A DNA stretch of 64,000 bases, from positions 46,624,001 to 46,688,000 of the forward strand of contig NC_043010.1 in NCBI RefSeq assembly GCF_006345805.1, given 5' to 3'. Under the pieces are notes generated by a model. The model did not search any database and had not been told where the DNA came from. It saw only the letters and a list, made by a program, of their open reading frames with translations. Source of the stretch: Octopus sinensis (taxonomy: Eukaryota). Position 1 is the stretch's first letter. The number at the start of each line of letters is the position of its first letter. This document shows positions 42,110-56,171 of this stretch, in pieces. A program made the position numbers and the translations under genes.

Positions 42110-42912
42110 TGTCCCACAACCACCACTTGACAACATGTGTTGGTTTGTTTAGATCCCCCCAACCAAATGGTTCAGCAAAAGGAGACCGATAGATTAAGTA
42201 ACAGGTTTTAAAAAATAAGTACTGAGGTAAATTTGCTTGACGACTACACCCTTCAACGTAGTGCTCCAGCATGGCTGCAGGCCAAAGACTGAAGAAACAA
42301 GGAAAAAGATAAGAGAAGAGATAAAATAATGGATATAGTCCTTGAAACAGTACATCTGAAATAAAGAAGGGATGGTCACACTAGAATGAATCTTATGATT
42401 AGTCTGCTTGATAATGGCTGAGTTGGGGATAAAAGACAATATCAGCCACTGAGAGTTGCTAATCTCCACCTAGGAAAGTATCTTCCAGGATACTGGCACA
42501 AAACCATGCAATGGATCTAATTTTGTAGTTATTTAAACACAAATAAACATATGTCAGACACTCCACACTTCCTTGCCAGTGTATATTGAGTGTTTGATGT
42601 CATCATACATGATATACACATAAAACCAAATACACATATGGGTGGGTGTGTTTATGTATGTGTATGAGAGAGAGCATGTATGTGTGTGTGTGTGTATGTG
42701 TGTGTGTTTGTGTATGTGAGTATATGTAAAAAATACATACATATATACATACATATTTATATATAAATATCAATAACCATGCAAACATACATACATACAT
42801 ACATACATATTATATATTGTCCCATCCATGCTAGCATGGAAGGCAGATGTTAAACAATGATGATGATATATACATATAAAATATATATATAAAATATATA
42901 TATATATATATA

Positions 42913-42965
<53 letters not shown>

Positions 42966-45198
42966 ACATATATATGCACACACACGAACAATGTCTAAAC
43001 ACCTACACTCATGAAAACATACCCACAAACATTCCTTCATAGATATATATATATACATATATACATACATACATACATACATACATACATACATAATATA
43101 TATATACACACACATACATATACACACACTATTAACATAAAAACATCCACACACACACAAACATGGTCCCAAGCCCCTCCTCATATACACATATGTACAT
43201 ATATATATATATATATATAAATACATACACTACAATGATGTAACTGGGTTACTAGAGCAAAAGATGAGATGAAGGTGTGCAGAGGAAGTGATGGATAGAT
43301 TTAAACAACAAAAGATTAAACAATGAGTAATGAAGAACAGAATAAAATGTTATCTACTCCAGGCATCTAAAATACAAAAAGTTTGAAGCAGGAAAAATGA
43401 ATTTCAGTAGGCTGATTTATTGTGAGGAATGAAAAAAATGCTGCATTTTGAACACTTGTTCTTCTTTGGGTAGGGAGAATAAAAAATTTTTTTTAAATAA
43501 ATATCAGGTCACAACATTGCAAAAATAAAAGAAGTGATGGAATGATGGGGAGGAGTGGAAGTGGCAAGAGAGAGAGGAGAATGAGTCGGTGTAAATAATG
43601 CAGTGGGGGTAGTATAAGTTGTACGGGATCTGTGTGATGTAGGAGGAAGTAAAGTGCATGGGTAATGTGTAAATTTATATTATGGGCAAGACCAGTTGAA
43701 ATGGCAAGACCGGTTGAAAAAGGGTTTGGTGAGATAGGAGATAAATGACAGAGTTGGACAAATGGGGTGATGACCTAAATGATACATACACAGTTACACA
43801 AACATACATATAAACAAGGTGGAAAGAACTAAATAATTAGTAGGACATGAGGGAGATAAAGGAAGTTTGCAACTATGGAAACGGTCAAAAACCTCCAGAG
43901 AATTAAGACAAAGTAAAAGTATATGGATTTGTGTCAGGTCAGGTTGAGTATTTCACAGACATATACTCTTTTACTTGTTTCAATCATTTGACTGTGGCCA
44001 TGCTGGAGCACTGCCTTTAGTCGAGCAAACTGACCCCAGGACTTATTCCTTGTAAGCCTAGTACTTATTCTGTCAGTCACTTTTGCCGAACTGCTAAGTT
44101 ACGGGGACGTAAAAACGGTTGTTAAGTGATGTTGGGGGGGACAAACACAAACACACATATATATATATACATATACATATATACGACGGGCTTCTTTTAG
44201 TTTCTGTCTATCAAATCCACGCACAAGGCTTTGGTTGGCCCGAGGCTATAGTAGAAGACACTTGCCCAAGGTGCTACGCAGTGGGACTGAACCCGGAACC
44301 ATGTGGTTGGTAAGCAAGCTACTTACCACACAGCCACTCCTGCACCAGTTAATGTATTTTTCTGCAAGTAACAGTATGACATAATGGAACTGCTATGCCT
44401 CTTTCTTTCCATAAATATTAAAGTTAAGTGTGCTTCTATCATTCCAAATACACTTTTTCCCAACACAGTAATTGATTGTTTTCTAGTACACTATTTTTTG
44501 TTATATATTTATTGCCCACAGGGGGCTAAATATAGAGGGGACAAATAAGGACAGACAAAGGGATTAAGTCGATTACATTGACCCCCCCCCCCCCAGTGCT
44601 TAACTGGTACTTATTTAATCAACCCTGAAAGATGAAAGGCAAAGTTGACCTCAGCGGAATTTGAACTCAGAATGTAACAGCAGAAATACCGCTAGGCATT
44701 TTGCTCAGCATGCTAACATTTCTGCCAACTCGCCGCCTCCTAGTACACTATTTTGCAATCTAAATCACCCCATGCTTCTGATTATAACTTCACAAAACAT
44801 GTGAAAATCTCTTAGTCTTTGCTCCTTCCCTAGCTTGGTATATCTGACACCTCGCTTCTCTTCTAGCTACTTCATAATACTCTCTGCAACCACCTTCCTT
44901 CTAGTCTTTCCAAGCCTATCACTTAGCTTTTTGGCTCTATCTACTGTAATACACACACACACACACACACATACACACACACATAATACAGACATACATA
45001 TGTGTGGACTTTCATACAGTTTCTATCTACTGCATTTCCCTCACACAGCATTGGTCATTCTAAGAATATAGAAAATGTAGAGGAAAACACCTGTTCAAGG
45101 TGCTCTGCAATGAGATTGAACCAAAAGGTATGTGGTTACAAAGAGAATGCCTAACCGCACAACATTGCCCACTCCAAACACAGGCAAAACATTTTGTG

Positions 45199-45238
<40 letters not shown>

Positions 45239-45398
45239 ATGTGTGTGTGTCTGTCTGTCAGTCTGTCTGTCTGTGCATGTGTATACACATACATATGCAT
45301 TTATGTATGTACTATGTATGTGTGCATGAATATGTGTGTGTGGGCATGGATGTGTGTATACACATACATGCATATGTGTGCATATATGTGAGCATAAA

Positions 45399-45435
<37 letters not shown>

Positions 45436-48400
45436 ATTTCAAATGGTGTTAAGTTGCAACTGCTGTTTCAAATGAATAAAAGCATTCTGTTGAAGAAATT
45501 TTGCAGCCTCCAGTAGGAATCCAACTTAATTGCTTTACTCCAGAAATCAGACACCTTGTTTTGTAATGATAGAAAGCTGATGTCAGAGAAAGAAGGAAAG
45601 ATTCAGAAGCTGAAAGGAAGCAGAGAAAGAAAGATAGAGAAAAATGTCTAAAGCTCAAGATCAAGAAAAGAACAAAGTGGCAGCTCCACTTTAGTTTCAT
45701 AGACATCCTGAAGGAGAATATGAAACAGAGGAGGAAAATTAAAAAAAAGGAAAGACAATAGGTGCAGGCGTGGCTTTGTGGTAAGAAGTTTGCTTCCTAA
45801 TCAAATGGTTCCGAGTTCAGTCCCACTGTGTGATACCTGGGGCAAGTGTCTTTTACTACAACCGCAGACTGACCAAAGTCTTGTGAGTGGATTTGGCTGT
45901 GTGGTGAGTAGCTTGCTTACCAACCACATGGTTCCGGGTTCAGTCCCACTGCTTGGAACCATGGGCAAGTGTCTTCTACTATGGCCTTGGGCCGACCAAA
46001 GCCTTGTGAGCGGATTTGGTAGATGGAAACGGAAAGAAGCCCATCGTGATAATTTTAATTTTCATCTCATTAAGGATTTTTGCGTCCAGCTGCCGCAGCG
46101 CCGGACGCGAGGGAGAGCGGCGGCAACAGCAAGCCCGGGCCGCGTGCGGAGCTACCAACAACAGCTTGACCTTAACCACTTGAGCATGTTTATTAGTAGC
46201 TGACAATATGTGTGTCTCTGATGATGAGCAGGGGTAGTGGGGGAGCATCATAGCCATGTATTGAGAGGGATTCTTTGGGATTTGAATAAATAGTGTAACA
46301 AAAACAAAGTTTGAAGGAAATATTGATTTCAAATTTTGGAACAAGGCTAGCAATTTCAGAGGATGGGATAAGTTAATTGCATCAACCCCAGAGCTCAGTT
46401 GGTACTTACTTTATAACCCCGAAAGGATTAAAGGCTAAGTCAACCTCAGCGAATTTGAACTCAGACTGTGAAGACAGGCAAAATGCTGCTAAATATTTTG
46501 CCCATCATGTTAATAATTCTGCCAGCTCACCACCTTATGTTTGAAGGAGATATTAGCCATTTTTTCATACTTTCTAAGGATAAGCAAATAAGAGATAACC
46601 ATTCCTACCCAAGGACAAAAATCATGTTACACAGTGTAATAGAAGTTTTTTGACACTCACCTTTGTAATCTTTTGTATATTCAATCGCATCTGTGATAGA
46701 TGTGTCCTGTTGAATCCGAAAAACTTGACCACTGGCAATATAGCTGTCTTGTTGCTTTGCATCTTGGTTGTTACCTTCAGACAATTCACCTGATTCATTC
46801 TCTTTTTCCACAGGTTCTTTAACCTCCTTACATTTAAAAGGCCATTCAGCACTAACATCTCCAATTACAAGACATTGATCGGCGATTGATTTACATAACC
46901 GCTTCCAAAGAAATCCTTCCTATAACAGAAACAAAAAACACAATATTTTATACAAAAATCAGAAGAAAAAAAAAGAAAATACAATACTATATAATAGAAG
47001 GAAAATGAAAAAAAATTAGAGTAATAACTTTGGCATAGATATGCATTTGAGTTTACTCTTTTACTTGTTTCAGTCATTTGACTGTGGCCATGCTGGAGCA
47101 CCGCCTTTAATCAAGCAACTCGACCACGGGACTTATTCTTTTGTAAGCCCAGTACTTATTCTATCGGTCTCTTTTGCCGAACCGCTAAGTAACGGGGACA
47201 TAAACACACCAGCATCGGTTGTCAAGCAATGCTAGGGGGACAAACACACATACGCATATATATATATACATATATACGACAGGCTTCTTCCAGTTTCCTT
47301 CTACCAAATCCACTCACAAGGCTTTGGTCAGCCCGAGGCTATAGTAGAAGACACTTGCCCAAGGTGCCACACAGTGGGACTGAACCTGGAACCATGTGGT
47401 TGGTAAACAAGCTACTTACCACACAGCCACTCCTACTTGTGAGGAATGCAGAAAAGGATTCACAGCCATCAGCTTATGAAACAGGGATTCCAGAATACCT
47501 ATGTATGTTTGGATTTCATGTCCAGTTGTGTCTGGTTTCCACATATATTTTGAAGAGATGGTGTCATATTCCTTATGATTTCTTAAAGAGATAAGAGGCC
47601 TCACATCTGATGCATATGTATAAATGGTTACATTTGTCTCAGTAGGGGAAAAAAATTGAACGGCAACATTGTCCCCAGTAGGATTTGAAATTAGAGTGGC
47701 TGTGTGGTAAGCAGCTTGCTTACCAACCACATGGTTCCAGGTGACTATGGTGATAATGCCAATAATTACAATAGTAGTAATAGATACTAGTTTTAAGGAT
47801 TTTAATGGCATTCACTAAATAGATTTCACTTTACTAAGAGAGAGTGAAGCTTGGCAAAATACAAAACTATGAATTACATTTTCATCTCAAATTCATAAGA
47901 TTAGAGTGAGTTCAAAATAGGATATACAAAAAGGAAAAATGAAGCTAAGAATTCAACAGACTCTTTAAGAATCAGACATTCAGAGACTTCCTGTTTACAT
48001 GATAGATTTAAGATGTAAGCATTGCTGTAAATATGGAATTATAATAGAATTATCAAGTAAAAAGCTTAAATCCTGATATTTCAGAAATTTGCAACAATCT
48101 TTCGTTTATTATCCACAGCAAACATTTTTTGCATTCAGAAGACAATGGTGTATATATATATATATATATATAACACAGACAGAGAGAGAAAAAAAACCCC
48201 CAAAACAAGTTAACCTGCCAAAATAATTAACTGGAAGTAAAATGCAACGAATGATATGCTATAACAGAAAACCTCTATAAAAAAAATGTTTTTTCTAACA
48301 ATTACATAGAAATGATAAGTTCAAAGAATGATGTATAACTGTTTGCAGCCAGCATAAAAAAATTGCATAGTAAAAGAGACAGACAGACAAATCTCAAATG

Positions 48401-48857
48401 ATTTCTCAAACTGCGCAGTTCTAAAATTGGAGCAATTTTCACCTCTTCTCAAAATATCTTTGACAATTTCTGAAACCTTAGCAATTAGTTGTAAGCATAT
48501 ATCCAAACAATTGCAATCATTGAAAATACCACTGACTCTGTTCATTTATTTCTTTTGTATCCAGCCTAACATCTGTTTGTCGGTTGCATGCTGCCTTCTT
48601 ACCTTCTGAATATTGATATGGAGTTTTAGTATGATTGTCTTAATATTTATCATTGTGTATGTGTGTATATACATATCTATACACATATACACACACATAC
48701 ACAGATATATATTATATATATATATATATAATATAATATATATATATCACGTGAGGTGTTTTCGCTCAATAAACACACACAACGCTCAGTCTGGGAATCG
48801 AAACCGCGATCCTACAACCGCAAGTCCGCTACCCTAACCACTAGGCCATTGCGCCTC

Positions 48858-48931
<74 letters not shown>

Positions 48932-48932
48932 A

Positions 48933-48997
<65 letters not shown>

Positions 48998-49078
48998 AAT
49001 CCAAACGGGAAAACAAAAAACAACAACAATGGAACAATTACAGTATTATTATTAATAGGCGCTCAGGAAATGGAAGCA

Positions 49079-49154
<76 letters not shown>

Positions 49155-49688
49155 TATAATTTAGGGTATCTAAGAGATACCACTACACAGGAAATAGCAG
49201 CCAAAACCTGACTCTAAAACCACATTAAGTGTTCATGAACACTTAATGTGGTTTTAGAGTCAGGTTTTGGCTGCTATTTCCAGCGTGGTGGTATCCCTTA
49301 GATACCTTAAGTCATAATTTTAATTTTAATAATTTTAATAAAAATTATTACCTTAGAAGGTTTTTATTCCCATGCTAGCCACTTGATAAGATCGATATTT
49401 AAATTAACGATCTTATCCTTATTTATATAAATTTATATATATATAAAGACCCCCTTCGGTCATGAGTGACCATGGGTTTGCACCTAGAGAGTTACTCTCT
49501 GAGGCACAAGTCTGGGCAAGGTTGTTTATGGAAGACCAGCAGTCGCCCATGCATACCGGCCTCCCCTCTCCACGTCACCGATGTTATCCAAGGGAAAGGC
49601 AAAGGGGCCGATACAGCTTGGCACCTGTGACGTCGCAACTCATTTCTACAGCTGAGTGAACTGGAGCAACGTGAAATAAAGTGCCTTG

Positions 49689-49731
<43 letters not shown>

Positions 49732-49748
49732 GTATGTAGATATATATA

Positions 49749-49779
<31 letters not shown>

Positions 49780-52700
49780 ACTTAGAATAACTTAGAAAGG
49801 TTTTGGCCAGTATTGGCCCAGGCCATGTCAGTAATGATAAAACATTTCTGTTTTGGGTTGTCACTAGTGAAATGATTTGGTTGAATTGAGCTGATATCAA
49901 TGAATGCAAGAAAATTGTTTGAAATTTTAAATAGAAAAATATTATTTTATCATAACACAAAACAATGTATTGTCGTCATGATCAATGACAGAGGGATATC
50001 TATGCAAATTTAAAGCAGTTTATGAGGTATTTGCAAGTTGAGAATGACAGTAGTTGTGATTGGTTTAGCAGTTTGACCAGCGTAAGTCACCACTAGCAGC
50101 TAGGGAAAAGAGATTCAATTTATAGTTTGTTTCTATCAATGAAAAAAAGGGGGAAAAGAAACCAACTTGCCAATGACATCTTGTTTTACTAGCGGTTTGA
50201 GAGGTCAGTGTTTTGTTGATGTCATCAATATTAGACCAAACCACATTTGTGTTGATATAATGAGTTCTGTGAAAGATTAGAACAGCCAGTTGTCTGCTGT
50301 TGTCATCAATCTCTAACAAACATCCTGATTGTTGGAGCTTAGCAATCCAGTTTTAATTCCTAGGCATTTTGGGACTGCCAAATATTCTGCTACAATATTT
50401 TTACAAGAAAACTGGTGTAAGTGACTACCAAGTTTTAGCCAGCTAGCCTGTTCATAGATTCATGAAGAGACATACAAAATTTTAAACAACTACCAAAGAT
50501 CAAACTCAACCTCCCACCCATTGAATATCTCCATTTAATTTCTGGTCAGTTGAAATTTCAAGAATTCTCTCCCTTGTCACTTTTGAGATTGATTTTCATT
50601 AACAGTAATGACTTTACAATTGTGATCTCAACTGATTAAAATAATTTTCTGCTTACCACATTTAAGTATGATTCAAGTATAGCAGCCTATCTTAAAACTA
50701 AATGTTCTTCACAGAAGTTACTCTTAAGGCTATTTTCAATGTCACTATTTTAATTTATATAAATTTATCTAATCAATAAATTATTTTCACAGATTACTTC
50801 ATTTATTGATCATTTGAAAGTCTTGACAGCTATTTATGAATTATGCTTCAATGAGAAGGTCTAAAAAGATTGTAACTTGTTCAGAGTCGTCACCATTGTG
50901 TCCAAATGTGTTTTGTATTGTTGCTTCATGAAAAGTGTGTATTAATGTATTATTTCATCTAAATCCTATAGGTCAACAAAACATTACAAGCATGGTTTTT
51001 AAATACATTCTGTTATATTCTAATAGTAACTACTAAGAGGAGGTGGGGGTCTCATGGGTCATTATGTCATTGGTGCTCTTCTGGAGATTTAATTTTCATT
51101 TAAGATATCTAGGACAAGTCAGCCCTGGTGGAACCAATACCACTCCAAAATACACAAAAGCAAAAATTGAACTCAGTACTGCAAGCTAATAAAATACTTA
51201 TTGGTTTTACAATATAACTGCTGAATACAAATATCAATTGTACCAAGTTTGAATTACATATTTACAGTAATGTGAACTGGTCCACTTTGTTATCAACCTG
51301 CCTGTAACTACTTGTGATTACAATATAAAAGCTCTTATTTTAGTGTTCCATCATATTAGACCCTTCCATCATTAGCATAGCTAGAGTGTGTGCCACCTAG
51401 TGTGGCCCTTCCATTTGCCTGCCCCCAGACCCCCCACAAAAAAAAACACATATTGCCTACAGTAGACCCAAAAGTGCCGCCCCTTTAAAAGTACCACCCA
51501 GAGTGGACTGCCCCTACCTCTCCCCAACTATGCTAGTGCTTTCCATCATATTTTTATGCATGTTCTATATAACAGCTTCAAATTCTTGATTATTTTAACA
51601 ATTAATTGAAACTTATAAGTAGTTATTTTGATAGAAAAATGGTCACAAAAGAGTTGTTGACTTTGCTATGAATGAAGCAACAGTGATGATAACAGAATAT
51701 AAAAGCTGACCAAGAAGTTTGGTAGCAAGGTTGGCTACCCATTCTGATAATAAGTACTACACATTCTTTTTTAAGCAGCCATTAAATGTACCAAATATTT
51801 TTGATCAATAAATACAATGAAATACAAACCTGCTTGCGAAATGGATCAATGATAGCACATATGCAAGGATAACTCCTGATTAAGCTTGACCAAAATTCAA
51901 CAGCTTCCTCCAATGATTTAAACTGAGAACCAGACACATAATCATACACAGCTTTCTCCTGTAGAAAGATGGAACATGTAAATTCTGTTAGCAGGCATTG
52001 CTACAATAATATATCAATGAGAAATACTGAAATATTCAATTTCTTCAAGCAGATAATTAAATAATAGTATAAGTATTCTTCTTTATACAAAAAAAAAAGA
52101 ACTTTTATACTATTTTCGTTCCTTTATTATAGACTAGTATACTATTCTTGGTGTTATTTATCTTCCTAATGTTCTAGAAACCGGAGTTAAGCACTATCTG
52201 TATAGATCCCTATGATTTGAAAAAGATTAACTAAAGAAAACATGATAAATACTACAGAACAGAAGGTAAACTACCTGACAAGAGTATTTCAATATTGTTT
52301 CCAACTTATATCTTAATCCAGGTTCCATCTACTATTTCCAACTATTTATTGGTACCCTAAGCTATCTCAGTTTCCCTTAATATTATTATGTCATCCTAAG
52401 TTATGTACTGCTATAGTCCTTTTCAATCCATCAATATTTTATTTACAAAAGAAATCAACATCTTATTTACCACACATAAAGTGTCAAGCACATCAAATTG
52501 CTTATGTTTTCATTCTCATTATCAGTGAGTAATTAACCCTACTGACTTTGAGTGAAGACAAAATGTTAGATGTGATTATCCTCGCCTGGCCCCTGTGCCT
52601 GTGGCACATAAAAAGCACTATCCAATCACGGCCGTTTGCCAGCCTCGTCTGGCACCTGTGCTGGTGGCACGTAAAAAGCACCCACTACACTCACAGAGTG

Positions 52701-55700
52701 GTTGGTGTTAGGAAGGGCATCCAGCCGTAGAAACACTGCCAGATCAGACTGGGCCTGGTGCAGCCTTCTGGCTTCCCAGACCCCAGTTGAACCGTCCAAC
52801 CCATGCTAGCATGGAAAGCGGACGCTAAACGATGATGATGATGATGATGATGATGATTACAGATATTAACAATACAAAGCAAAATAAGATGCAACTGAGT
52901 ACATTTGGGTACTCTTGTTTTTTTCATCTTACCCTGCAGTAATTATCACAAGTTTAGATAATCTTTCCCAGTCAATGAACCTGGTGCTTAACTTTAGCTC
53001 CCAAAACAAAAGAAGGATGAGAGTTAAATTTCCTCCTGGATAGCATGATGATTTGCCAAACAGGTACCTTATCACATGAGAAGAACTGATCTCTGCATAA
53101 ACAGCCAAGAAAATTATTCTTAATTACACAGCGTTATTGCTTACAGTAATGTGTTATACTACTGTAGTGACGTCATATTCCAGTGTGCGCACACGCAACG
53201 TCATTCTTCAGTGTGCGTGTGCGGAACGTCCTTCTTCAGTGTGCGTGTGCGGGGTTGGAACCTTCTGGAAAGGCATAAGGAAGTTCCCTCATGCACATGC
53301 GCTAGAGACTGAAGAAGAAATTCTATAGCATTCCTTAATAGCGTCGGGGACTTGAGACATGGCGATAGAAGAGAAAGGACGTATTTTCATACGTGTGATC
53401 AGCCTATTCTCCTGTCCCAGACGCTTAGGATTTAACCTGTTCTATTAATGCTGAATTGTTGTAAGAAGCTTAAAAACGTTAGAATTCAGACTTGCTGTGT
53501 TGAACTAGGTGGATACCAGTATACCATCGTGTTTCATTGTTGAATAAGAGAATAAAGAATTGTATATATTTTTAAACTTGCGTTTCGTTCCTGACTGGTA
53601 GTTTCTAGAAACAAAAAGAAAGGAAATTGTGTTGCACCCAAGTTGCACCCCAAAAGTGTAAAGAAGCAACCAGTTCCCTTTACACCACCCTCAATATCTA
53701 CTTAGAACTAGTAGGACTAAATGTTTTGATCATAAGCACAATATAGTCCCAGTGATAAGACATGAACTGCTCATCCCACAGCTGGTTGTCCCATACCTTA
53801 TCATCCTGGTGGTCCCTGACTTTACTCATATCTTATTTACCACAAATATATTACGACACCTATCAATTATCGGCTCATGGCCAATATCTAACTCCACTCT
53901 TTATAGAGTCTTACTACTTGAACTTCTTCGTAACAACATCATCTTCACTTTTATTACTTTTCATAAATTACAAAAATATATCCATCACCCAAATTGCCAT
54001 TTTACATCCATCGTCTTTATTTCTCCTTTTTATGTCTCCAGCATTCATACATTTCACTGTAATACAGAACTACAACACTTTTATAACATTCACCACAAAC
54101 TTTGCTTTTTTTTTTCATATGGAAAGAATCACATTGCTTGGCCACAAGGGAAATCCGCCTCCAGCTATTCTACTGCTAATATTAACTAAATTGCTTACAT
54201 ATCAATATCAAGACTGTTCTCATATTCTAACTGAACCATTAGTCTATACAGCTTACAGTGGCAGTATGCTACATATCTGTCTAAAATACATCTGTATTAC
54301 AAGAACATCAACTGTTTACACTATCGAAGTATCTCCATCTACATTTCTTTTTTTTACCATATAATGTTTAAGCTAGTATTTTCTCATATCTACAAGGCAT
54401 TTGTTTCATCATTAAACATAACTAACATTAATTAATTGAATGATGTATTCTTAACCTTTTGCCTGACCAAAGTATTTTCATAAGTTTGTTTTGAGTGTCC
54501 ATGCTTGTTTTCAGACTTTTAGTTAGCCCTTGTTTCATAAGGTCAGCAGCCACTTAGCTTAATGGTTCAGAACACTCAAGTGGTATCTGAAAGGTACAGG
54601 GTTCGATTCTCTGTAGTCACCTGCTGACAACTTTTTCAGCAAAAGAGACTGATAGAATAAGTACCAAGCTTTGAAATATACAAAAAAAAGAGGACTGGGT
54701 TCAATTCATCTGACAACAAATTCCTCAAGGCAGTACCCCAGGATGGCCACAGTCAAATGACTGAAACAAGTAAAAAGAAAAACAAAAAAAACAAAATAAG
54801 TTCCAAGTCACTCTGGTAGTTGAAGCAAAACTGGGAACATAATATGATGCACCAACACCAGAGAAATATGGCCCGTGTATCATATGTGATACACAGGACA
54901 GGCAAAGTTTCTATTGATATTTCTCCCATGAACTACTTTTAAATTTATTTCCAAAATGGAAGATCAAACTGAAAGTTGTTTTAATTAAGTATTTATGTTT
55001 TCTGTTATTTCTACTGGTTAAATATTGAGCAGGCAGGTGAAGAAGAGAGAGGAGGCATTGCTGTGTGTGTATTTCAACTATGAGATAAAATATACTACAC
55101 TTTCTTTTTTTAAAGTATCATTTGTTACATTAAATAAAATTAACAGGATGCTTAACAGTATTTTGTCTGTCTTTACGTTCTGAGTTCAAATTCCGTCAAG
55201 GTCAACTTTGCCTTTTATCCTTTCGGGATCGATAAATTGAGTACCATTGCATACTGGGGTAGATGTAATCGACTTAATCTCTTTGTTTGTTATTGTTTGT
55301 CCCCTCTATGTTTAGCATATGGCCTTCCATTGCATACTCTGTCTATCCAGGACCTCAATGTAAGCAGCAGAGTTAACTCTAAGGCCTTGCAAAAAGAAGG
55401 AGGCACCACATGTCCTTCATTGCTGACAACCCCTAAAACCATGACAGTTTCAAGAAATTTTGTATGCATAACTTCAGAAGGGTCTGCACATAACCATCTG
55501 TTATTTCTTCTGTTAACTTTTTGATCTTGGTCGAAGTTTTTCTCATTTGAGAAAAACCAAATCAAATCTTCTGCTGGATTTTTCAGTTTGTTTAAGAACC
55601 TTTTAGATCTGATGTAGTGATTATATTTTGCTTTTTTCTGACAAATTGACCTTTCCTCATCATATAAGACATGTATATCTGATGTCTTCATGGACAACAT

Positions 55701-55807
55701 TTCTGACTCTTCCTTCTGACACATAGAGATCTTTTGCAATTGACCCACAGCTCTTGAATTTTTTCTTACTCTGTTTTCTCTTAATCTGTATGTTGTTACT
55801 TTGCCCC

Positions 55808-55892
<85 letters not shown>

Positions 55893-56096
55893 TAAATATA
55901 TACATACACACACACATTAATATATACATACATACATATATATACACACACATATATATGTTTTTGCATGCAAACATACAATACAAGTGGTCAGAAAGTC
56001 ACTGATAGTTATGCATCTACAACTGCACTTGGCAATACTAACTCATCATGTCTGAATGAGTCATCTGTATTGCCTAGTACATATACTGTATGTGTG

Positions 56097-56171
<75 letters not shown>

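Noticed and set aside
45778-46203. 141-aa ORF
   Set aside because: Built from two tandem SINE heads plus the GC island; not a gene.
48745-48860. tRNA gene
   Set aside because: Box A and B are present, but there is no acceptor stem and the sequence continues into a SINE body.
53752-54364. 145-aa and 200-aa overlapping ORFs
   Set aside because: Low-complexity T/C-rich composition, no motifs and no splice context; probably decayed repeat DNA.
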